From positions 6,324,001 through 6,388,000 of the forward strand of contig CM022679.1 in NCBI GenBank assembly GCA_012295275.1: a stretch of 64,000 nt of DNA, in the 5' to 3' direction. A program made the translations under genes and the position numbers. This document shows positions 41,645-52,400 of this stretch, piece by piece. Below the pieces are notes generated by a model. That model was not told where the DNA came from, did not search any database, and saw only the letters and a list, made by a program, of their open reading frames with translations. The DNA comes from Chrysomallon squamiferum (lineage: Eukaryota; Animalia; Mollusca). Numbering within the stretch: the first letter of the stretch is position 1; each line of letters opens with the position of its first letter.

Positions 41645-41735
41645 AACTGATATTATATCATCGATCTACTTACCCATAGATAACTTCTCCTGGAAAGTAT
41701 TCACCTTTATTCGATCGAATAATAACTTCATTCAT
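35993..41735 (-). CDS. Divergent arrestin-domain-containing protein (Arrestin_N plus Arrestin_C-like), ~362 aa
   Basis: Twelve phase-consistent GT-AG exons: 41735-41674, 40988-40915, 40291-40199, 39765-39703, 39115-39024, 38556-38426, 38223-38127, 37958-37792, 37142-37064, 36668-36570, 36374-36287, 36036-35993 (1089 nt, no internal stop). Arrestin-like motifs YFPGEVIYGVIYLNI, IQLQFKGYE, GSYCFPFKVNLPNIIPGCF, AGDCLKLRMIITNDT, IPPSVKGHHIDCQYALQI. Confidence 0.85.
37648..37787. repeat. Poly-A plus (AAT)/(AACAAT) low-complexity tract in an arrestin-gene intron
   Basis: Direct reading. Confidence 0.9.
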
Positions 41736-42002
41736 TATAGCTAATACTTAGGATAAAACAAATGTCATTTTCTGATAATTTATATAATACTATTAAGTAT
41801 TATTGTCAATTTGGAAGAGGAAGAAATTATTGACTGGTTCGTCGTACCTCTTCATTATATCGTATGAAGCGGAATATCGTTTAATAAAGCAGTTTATACT
41901 TTCCGGTTCATGTTGGAACATTATTTGTTTTGTTTTTATGTTTTTATTAAAACATAAATTTTTGTTTTGTTATTAAATCATAAATTTAGAAATAAATTCA
42001 AA
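41736..42002. promoter_or_regulatory. Compact bidirectional promoter between the arrestin-domain gene and CPSF4
   Basis: Only 267 bp separate the divergent ATGs; CpG cluster at ~41840-41910 with ETS-like TTCCGG (41901-41906) and GCGGAA (41869-41874). Confidence 0.7.
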
Positions 42003-45000
42003 ATGCAGGAGATTGTAGCTCCAGTAAATCATATTAAGTTTGATATAGAAATTGCTTTAGAACAACAGTTAGGTTCTCAACCATTGCCATTCCCTGGAAT
42101 GGATAGTAAGTCATAACAAAAGTCTTTTTGCAAATCGTTAAATCATAAATGAACTTTTTTTCTCTTACATACATATATATATATAATCCGTACCATCAAG
42201 TGTACATTAAATGATGTATCAAATGCACTGGAATGTGATTTACTTCTCTTATAAAGAAAAACAATAATAAAAAATAAATAATACTAATGTATATATGTAG
42301 TCTTTTCTTTAGGGAAATTAGGCTGCAACATCGAACGAATATGAACAACTTACAAGCAACCAATGTTTGTTAGAAAAATTCACAGAGTAAAAGTGGTAGA
42401 TTTCCTTTTAGCATAAAGTCATAAACAACATAAAAAGAATAAACAAAAAACCCTACTCAAAAAAAAATTCGGAATTTTGTTAATGTATGTATAAATTGTC
42501 CTCAAAATTGTTAGAATGTTATGTAAGTGGAATTTGTTTGAAAAACCATCCAAAAACCAAAACAAAGTTATAGAATTATAAAATATATTAAGTCATTTGA
42601 GATAAATAGTAAATTCTGAGCCTTCATATCTAATTTGTAATATTCAGATTAAATATTTTTTTAGTAATATTTTTTAATCTTTTTTTATTATGAATGTTAT
42701 CTTGTTATAACATATAATGTTTGTGTCCATCTCGTTATTTTTCATTTTAGCTAAAACAACATCTAATTTAACAGATTTCCTTTCTCATAAATATATACCA
42801 ATACATAAATATAATTATGTAAACAATATAAAGCAAACCTAATAACTACTAATATAATATATGATGAGTATTTTTAAACATATTCGTTCATTATTTTTCT
42901 TGGCAAAATGTACATTCAAGATATAGATCAGAAGAAAAACCCCAGTTATTTAAATCAAATTTAGTTTTTGGTAAAAAATTAGTTAATAATATTTGAATCA
43001 AATAGATATATAAATAAATAAAACAAACAAACAATTGACTAACTGAAATGGTAGTTGACCAAAAAAAAAAAAAAAAAAATAAAATAAAAATAAAATAAAA
43101 TAATAATAATAAAAAAATAAAATAAAATGATTACATAGTTAAAAAGAGACAACATAATTCAAATAATTAATAGTTTTGTTTGTATTATTATCAGAATCTG
43201 GTGCTGCCACATGCACATTCTATCTACATTCAATATGTAACAAAGGATCAGCTTGTCCGTTCAGACATGTACGTGGGGATAGGACTGTAGTGTGCAAACA
43301 TTGGCTAAGAGGACTCTGCAAAAAGGGAGATGACTGTGAATTCTTACATGAATATGACATGTCCAAAATGCCAGAATGTTACTTTTATTCCAAATTTGGT
43401 AAGTTTGTGAAAATATAATTTTTAGAAAAACATCATTTTTATTGTTGGACATTATTATAAAAATTGTTATAATTTATTATTATTAATTTTTTATTTTTTT
43501 AATGTAAAATAACATTTTTGTATCACTTGTTTGTTTCACTGTTATCACAATTACAAAAATTATTTTAAATATTGTGTTGAATTTTTATTTTATTTTATTA
43601 CTTCATCACTTTACTTGAGATTTTTAAATTTATTTTCAGTTATTTAAAAATATTTATTTTATTATTGTTTATAAGTTAAATATATATTTGCACTTCATTG
43701 TTTATTTTCTCTATTTACAGGTATATGTAGTAATAAAGAATGTCCATTTTTACATATTGATCCTGAAAAAAAAATTAAAGATTGCCCTTGGTATGATAGA
43801 GGATTTTGCAGACATGGTAAAATAGAGTTTTTACGTCTTTTTTTTCACTTATATTGTTTTTGAGCATGTGTTGTATGTGTATTGTTAATATTTCACGATC
43901 ACAATCTTTTCATGTTGGAATGACCTTGTCAGAATTCTCACCATTAAGATTATTTCTCCAGTGATTATCATTGCACACATGATTACAGTTATATGTCTGG
44001 GTTATCTTACAGATAAATTAGACCAAAGTAAGAATTGAATTTAATGTAGTTGTTAATACAGGTATAACAGTTGCACCATATATCATCTATATTTCTAAAT
44101 TAATAATTCATAATATTCTTTCACATAACTGTAGGTGTGCAGAAAAATATGAACTTGTAAACATTTAAAATTTGAAGTGTAATTTCCTGTCTAAAATGAT
44201 TAAAAGATGTTTACTTTGAGTATTCAGCTGATTAATTAATCATTTAAAAAAACAACAATATGATTTTATTATTTTCATATTACTGATTTATTTAGTTGTA
44301 GATTATATAATATAACACTTTCTTTTATTTCCAGGTCCAAATTGCAAGAACAGACATGTGCGGAGAGTTATCTGTCAGTGTTATCTCAATGGCTTCTGTA
44401 TAGAAGGTCCTGACTGTGCATTTAAACAGTATGTAGAGGTTTTAATTAACACATATATTGTTACCATGGTAACATAGCTCTGTGTTATTGTGTCTTGAGA
44501 AACATAATAACATGCTTGATCATAGATCTGAGTCCTCATTTTTAAAAATTCCTTCAATATATGATGAACTGATAAATAAATAACCTTTCACATATACCAA
44601 AATACTGGAATATCTTAATTTTTGTATTTATCTTCATTTGTAGTGATTTAGTGTGTGATCATTCTGAATTAGGCATTTAATTAAAGAAGCATTTAATTAA
44701 AGTTTCCAAACTTTTCTCCAGAAATTGTTTAAAGCCCTGGCATTTTCAAAATTTATGCCCAAAGTATTTTATTAGTGGTTGATATAAAATATTACATATT
44801 AAGTAAAATTTAAGCATAATAAATCTTTCTTCTCCAGAAGAATCAGCTCATAATAAAAACATGCACTTTTGTTAACCATGCTGAACTTCTGAGATTATGT
44901 AAATCTTACAAGTATCTGCTTACTTTTATATCTGATCCTACATATTGTCTACAGAAAGCTTTTATTATTTTTAATTTTTAAAACATTTTCAGATATATTT

Positions 45001-46535
45001 TAAAATTTTACATTACAGTCCAAAGCATGATCTGCCAACCCCTGATCCAATAGAACGATTACGAAAGGCATCCATTGTTTGCCATTTTTGTGGAGAATCG
45101 GGACATAAAGCTATACATTGTCACAAAATGCCAGCTGACATGAAAGCAGAAACACAAGAGGTTAGTGAAAGCATGTAAAAAAAAAAAACATTCATTTTAA
45201 AAAAAAAAAAAGGAAGGTAATTTTCGTTAATTCCCTGCTTGTTTACCTTTTTATAGCTACCAAGCATTTTTATATTTTTGATATGATTAAAGATGATTTG
45301 TTGTAGTAATTTATTACTTGATTTCTTTTGTTCAGCTATAAATAAATCTATACTGAAAAAAACATACCATAAACACACAGCACCTGGTCACTTTGCCAAC
45401 AGATGTTTGGCTGATGGACATTTAGCAGAATAGACAAGTGACCAAATGGTCAAATGGCTGAGCTGCCAAATATTTTCCAAGCATTAAAATATTTGATTAA
45501 ATAGCATTTGAATTTGGCCTTGGGAAAACATGGCCCACAGTCTTTAAATATTTTATAAAATATTGATTTAAACTGCAATTTTTAATTAAATTACAATACA
45601 ATTAATTTCTTTTATTGCAATCTATGTGTAATACAGACATTTTTATCATCCAGTTATGTTAATTTTTTAATTGTTTTCATCATTGATTTTATAAGCAAGT
45701 TATAAAGTAGAAAAAAAATGAATGTTAAAAAGAAGAGGTAAAAATAACAAACAATATAAAAAAAGGCCATGTGTCTGTCAGCATAATGTTCATCTGGTAC
45801 GATGCCAATAGGTGACATGTATGCTGGTCACCTCTCCGGCCACAAAACATGCATATAAACACAAAAACATATATATACACACACACAAAATGGAGAGATA
45901 TTTGTATATAAATTTTGGTTTGTTTTAACTTTCAGCACAACCGAGACACATGGACTTCCAGACTCATGGATGATGACAGACGCCCTATACAAGAAGTTAC
46001 TTGTTACAAGGTGAGAATATAATATATACCAAGATCAATGTAATACACACCCATACATTTTGACATGTCAGAATTGGAAATTTTCTGTTTCATTGATCAT
46101 CAAAATTCTCAATATAAATTAACAAAACAAGTTTGGCTACTAAATAATAAAATAGTTCAGCTAGTTTATGCAAAATTCAGGTTATTGATTATTACATAAT
46201 TATTGTCATAGTGCTTGCTTGTGGATTATTAAATTTTATTGTCTGTTTGCCAAAACCAAATTAATCATTAATAATAAACTCAACTAAATTCTTTTTTTTT
46301 TTTTTTTTTTATAAAGTTAAACCATTTGTTAATTAAGACCAAGTATACACTAGCCCTTATATTCAGCTTGTTGATATTTTGAAATACTTAAGAAACTATT
46401 GTGGACATGAACATCAAATAATCTTTACCACTGTATTTAAACATTTTTAATTTTCAGTGTGGAGAAAAGGGTCACTATGCCAACAAATGTACAAAGGGCC
46501 ATCTAGCTTTCCTGAGTGCTGGATTAGGAAAATAA
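42003..46535 (+). CDS. CPSF4: Cleavage and polyadenylation specificity factor subunit 4 (CPSF30/Clipper), 263 aa
   Basis: Seven exons 42003-42105, 43195-43398, 43721-43816, 44335-44428, 45019-45160, 45936-46010, 46458-46535 (792 nt). Five CCCH fingers (e.g. [38 protein letters not shown]) and two CCHC knuckles ([28 protein letters not shown]). Confidence 0.97.
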
Positions 46536-48654
46536 CTGGAACTGTGTGGAAGATGTATCTATTTTCTACAGCTGGAAATATCAGAGATCTTGGCAGAGCT
46601 GTTTGAATTGACTACAGTTACACTTTTGTTCTGATGTTAGTGACAGAAGTCATAAATTAAGTGCAGATCTTTGTTAATGTTTCAGTAGATATCAAAGATC
46701 AGAGTTTTGGCACAAATGTTGATGACATAGAGTGGAACGCAGAGTTTGAGTATACTGAAAGTTTAGAAGAATGGTGTTTTCATTGTGTTCTGGCAGAGAA
46801 CAAAAAGGTTTAGACAGAATGTTCTATGGAACTTTAAGTTAAATATTTAGTTTAGCCAGTGAATATACTGTGGAACTAAAAAATACCTGTATTCCAGATA
46901 AACCAGCAGTGTCTTTTGAAATCAAATTTAAAATTTTAATTAATATTAGAATTATTAATTAATAAGTAAATAAATAAGAAAGTAAAATAAATTTAGAACA
47001 CAAATTTAAAAGGTTCACTAAATTCAGGGAAATGAAAAAAAAGACTAAATTTATTCTATTAGATTTGAAATGAATATAATTTCATAAATATATTCATAAG
47101 GCTTAGAAGAATGTCAACCAATAACATATCTGTACTTAAAGACAACCAAATAAATCTTTACAATAAATATATATATATATATATATTATTTAAAGAAAAG
47201 AAAAATGAAAAAAAACCAAATGATGTTTCTTATTATTATTATTTTAAATTCTGTTTGTACACTTTTTCAAAACATGTAGGAATTGTTCCTTACATGTCTA
47301 TATGACATTTATAATATTGGAATATAAATTGATGTTTGAGTTCATGTCATTAAAAGTGTATCAATGAAATGATTTATTTTGTCACAACTACTGTTTAGTA
47401 CCAATACAGTTCCCACTATAATTATTGTAAGCACCCATATTCTACTTTCAGAACATTCCCAAATACAATCAAGTATTTAGAAAGTCTATTCCTAATTATT
47501 TTGTTCCAGAGAATTTTTTATTTAGTTTTTCTATTCATTGTTTGGCCACACATGTCTAGACTTTGTTATATGCAGATAATTATTTTACTGAAACATGGAT
47601 GGAATAGATATTACATAGTTAAATTAAAACATCAATAAGCGTATTAATTATTAATGATTGATTATGTTAATATCATATTTTGAAATTTTTTAATAATGGA
47701 AACAAGATTGGTCTAGTGTTAACAAAAACTATACAAAGACTGAGTCACAGAAATCGGCATACCGTCCTATAAATAAATTTGTTTGTTTTGTGTGTTGTAT
47801 GTGTGAGTGCGCGTGGCGCGTGGCGCGCACGTGTGTGTATGTGTGTATATGGTTCTGATTAAAATTGGATCTTGTGGACCATAATGGTAGATACACGAGT
47901 AATTGCTAATAATATAATCACAAATTACATAAAATATTTATGTATTAATTAAACAGAAGAAACGAAATACAAATCGCAGTCGACGAAATAAAATGTCTAA
48001 TACCTTGGAAACAATGATGGTATGGATAATTTCAAACAAAATAAATTAGAATATGAGGTCCCTTTATTTTGGCCTTGAATACGACTTTTATAGACGCGAA
48101 TACACACACTCGTTCATATTTAAAACAAGCAACAAAAACAAATTAATTAATTAATCAAAAAAAGGTTCAAAAGTTAGCAGCCATTTTTAACATATTACTA
48201 GTAATCATATCTGGCAAGCGGTCAAAGAACACGATTAAAAAAAATTAATAATAATTAAAAAAAATAATGATAATAAAATATCAGTCATTCATTCAACACA
48301 TACATATTTGTTTCTCGATGTAATTTGGCTAAGCATCAAATGCGATGCGAATACAGCATGTTTCTAAATATTCTATATTACTGGGCGAATGTTAATATAA
48401 TTGCATTTATATGTAGGTTACTCTCTCTCTCTCACTCTTTGATCATTTGTTCTTTTCTTTCTCTCTCTCTGAAATTAAGAATATTTTCGAAATTCATATT
48501 GTTTGTTATCATTCTAACAAACAATCTTTATTTTAAATTATTCACAGTTTATTTTTTAAAAATCCATTGTTCTCCATGCAAGACGATATAAACAGTATAA
48601 TATTACTGGCATAGATGCTTTGGTTTTGATTTGTTACTTTTCAGTATTTACTAT

Positions 48655-48772
48655 TTCACGTACTATTCCATCACGACTGATTTATCAACGATGTGTACTT
48701 TCCTACCAATGGAAAGACGCACATAAAAATATCTTGCCGCTAATCGAATAGCCCGTCGACTGTCAGAGGTCT
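48655..48772 (+). mobile_element. Decayed SINE-like repeat
   Basis: ggaaagacgcacataaaaatatcttgccgctaatcgaatagccc is the reverse complement of the shared core; CpGs retained. Confidence 0.55.
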
Positions 48773-49037
48773 TATAACAATATTAACACTATAAAATTGT
48801 TAATAATAAAATATTATTTTGTTAATATTTTTGAAATAACTTTTAATAATATTATTATAAAAATGTAATGTTAAAGTAGCGTTCTACCGTACAGTCGGCC
48901 CCCTTTATCCTCGATTCTGACTAGCCACATTTCAAAAATTAGTACTGAATGAAATCAAAGTTCCTATGTTTTTAATACCCTACATCGCTAACAAATAACA
49001 TTAGATGAAAAAGGAATAATCAGAAAATGAACTATCA

Positions 49038-49068
<31 letters not shown>

Positions 49069-49079
49069 AGCTATAGTAT

Positions 49080-49197
49080 ATTTACCTCATCATTTTTATT
49101 TTAATAATCTAATTAATAGAATTTTACGTTATAATGAGATGCAACAATGGCAAAGTAGTCTTTATATATATATTAAAATAAAAATGATGAGGTAAAT
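49080..49197. repeat. Perfect 27-bp inverted repeat with 64-bp spacer
   Basis: atttacctcatcatttttattttaata (49080-49106) and its exact reverse complement at 49171-49197. Confidence 0.9.
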
Positions 49198-51799
49198 TCA
49201 AGAAAAAAGTGAAAATGAAGCCTATTTATAACTCGTATGTATCTAAATTTATATTTTTATTGTGAGAAGTAAAACTATGATTTATGTATTAGCACATCAG
49301 GCGCACTGACAACAGGAGGTTGGTTACACAGTGTCTTAGCAAACCAATACTTCTCTATTTGTCACGTCAGAAACTGTCAGTAGTTAACAGTATTCAGTTA
49401 GAGCATCGACGAATTACTAAAACATAAACATATTCAGAATAATTATTGCCTTTTAAAACTATCCATGCACAAAGTGCATCTCTGCTGGTTACATATATGC
49501 ACATTTAAAGAGGATATAGTCGGTACAACCCCTTTCTTTCTAACCGATGTATTTTTGTTTTTGATAAAATTGATTTTTTCTTGAACAATTTTGTGCACAC
49601 CTTTTATAAATCCTTTATTTTATAATTTAATTTTTTAAGATGTAAAATGTGCTATTACAAAATAACAACTTTTTCTTTGTTGAAGTGATTTATGATCATT
49701 TTAAAACAGTTATCTTTTACTCACTCGAGATTTGTTCTTCTTAACAGCTAACATAAAAATCAAAACGGGACTGAAGTCGACATTTGTATATCCTATGACC
49801 AAGATTTGTAAAATTTTATTGTGTGTGTGTGTGTGTGTGTTCAATACAGTTAAACGAAGGAGAATAAAAACAACAATATCAAAAATAAAACACATTAATA
49901 AATCAAATAAATAACAATATCAACAACAGCGACAAGAACAAGGAACTATACAAACACTACAATAATAAACAAACCAACCAACGAAAAAGCGTTTCGCAGA
50001 CATACATGTCTCAAAAGAACATAAAAGAAACCCAAGTAACTGTTTGTTAAGTTCGTCGTCTACGTTGTTTTGTTATGCAATCTATTTCTATTTATTAGTA
50101 TTCAGGTTAATAACTATTCTAACTACATCATGGATACATACCGATCTGTATAGTTGCAATTACTCATATTCTTAACATTTACCTTTGAAAAAAATAGAGC
50201 ATATATAGATTTAGTAATACCATTTTATCCGATTAGGATAGAGGTACTTCGATCATTAGGTAATATGTATTTTTGTAGTTGTTATAGCGTTAACATTTAG
50301 CTTTAATTCTTATATAAGAGTTAGATACGAATATTTGTATATGAAATACAAATCTCTAACAGGTTATTGAGGATACATCGATGCTAATATTTTTCACTTG
50401 GTCATGATGTCGGTTTATATATTCGTAGACATGTAAATACAAACATAAAGATACGGTAACTTTGCACTGATTTACTCCGTTATAATTATTATCAAAGATA
50501 AAAAAAATAAAAAAGCAATCAAAGCCTCTATGTACGAAATATGAAACGCTGACAAATAACAACCTCCATAACAAACATATTAACTTGTATCCGATAGTTG
50601 TAACAATAGTTATTTGATAAAATATACATTTTCAGACTCCCCTCGCCCCCCCCCTCAAAAAAACCAAACATCTCCAAAACAAACAAACGTAAAGCTGTCT
50701 GACGAAGCCATGTAGAGTATCACAGAAAACTGCAGACGGTGATGTTCTGATTGTTCATCACAGCGGTCATCTCAAATTGTGTAAGCAGGAGATTAGTGTA
50801 TTTAGGCTATATTAAACAACAATTAGCTAAATACGGAAACGGCTTAATCGATTTATAGTAGGGCATCGATTATGCAATATGTTTTTAGTGGATGCCAAAC
50901 ATGTTAAGAAAAAGGTAAAATGTCATAATGATATTATGTCTTCATAAACTGAACGTAGTGAAGTCGCCACATCCAAACATTTACAATAAAGAACCTGCAG
51001 ACCAAAAACGAAACAGCAATTATACAACTTGCAGCCACTGGTCGACGGAAATAAAAGAAAAAAAAGTATCGAGACATTGAAAACAAACTTCAGAATCTGA
51101 AATTCCGTTTTCAACAGAGACATATGCCAGTTCAGGACTATGTCAATGCAGCTTCATTCTACATTAATTTTTGAATTGTTTCAGTGTATTAATAGAGATT
51201 ATTATTACTAATAGATAAATGCATTGTATTTTGATAACATAACAAAAATAAATCATCTGTGTCAGTATTAAAATGAAGATACTGACGTGTATTAATAAAG
51301 ATTATTATTACAAATAGATACATATTATATCGTAAATGAAATATATTTTTAGCGTCGAAATGAAGATTCTTGATACAGACTATAACACGAAACATAATGT
51401 TGTAATAGATTGATTTGGTTAGCTTATTGGCTAGATGGGAGGACACCGATTATGTTACCTTTGGTAAAAGCATTACTACTGAAATGTGGACTGTTCTTTT
51501 AAATGTAATCTGTAAATGCATCCTAATCTATTCTTCGACGACTGAATTTCAGTGTACTTTTAAACATTTTAAAATAGAAGGACTCCAAAGTTAAAAGTAC
51601 AAACAGTTTAATATCTGTGGTCATATAATACTGATGTCACTGAAAACGAATGCAACACCTTCTTCTTTTTCAAAACACTGCAGGCTTGTGGAATTGGATA
51701 ACTCCGTGATAATTTGTTTATCTCCGATTTATTTTATAATGGTTGTAATATTAACGATTTTTAGTTCATTCATTATGCTTTCTTGTGTGGTCATGATAT

Positions 51800-52030
51800 A
51801 TGAGAGGAAGTCCCTGCAGCCATTCTATCGATTGCTGTTTTCTGTTAACAACAATAGAAGTTTTTTATGTCCACCTTCCTACAGACAGACTAAACATGTG
51901 CCACAGTATTTAATAAATCTCTCGTAGAGCATCGCTGAGACACGAGATAACCTTGGAGTTCTATGATGGTTAATAACTAATGGACTGATCCATCATACAC
52001 TAGACAAGCGCTTTAACCATATCCTACAGA
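51800..52030 (-). mobile_element. Decayed SINE-like repeat, longer copy
   Basis: ttaacaacaatagaagttttttatgtccaccttcctacagacagactaaacatgtgccacag aligns with 7323-7385. Confidence 0.6.
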
Positions 52031-52187
52031 CATTTATATATAATATGTATGTTTGCATTGTTAGGTATAAAATACTCTAACGGACAAAAATTACATAAAA
52101 TAATTATTTCATTTTCCGATTATCATGGATTAAGGAATGTCATCCAAGTTTCCAAATTATTTTACATACTTGTAACCAATCGACGAA

Positions 52188-52400
52188 ACTATTATTATTA
52201 TTACTACTACAACTACTACTACTAATATTGCTACTGTTATTACTATTAATAGTATTACTACTACTGCTGCTGCTACAATTATTACTACTGTTTCAACTAC
52301 TACTATTACAGTGACGACTGTACTATGACAGCTACAGTTACAGTTGCTATTACTCGTATTACCACAGATACTATTACTAGTGCAGCCATTATTACTACTT
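52188..52400. repeat. Degenerate (TAC/TAT/TGC)n trinucleotide tract
   Basis: Direct reading. Confidence 0.85.

Noticed and set aside
44561-44667. ATGATGA...CTGA as a C/D box snoRNA in CPSF4 intron 4
   Set aside because: No terminal stem or recognisable rRNA-antisense guide; such boxes arise by chance in AT-rich DNA.
52188-52400. Possible Thr-rich mucin-like exon
   Set aside because: Degenerate trinucleotide repeat with no supported splice sites or neighbouring exons.
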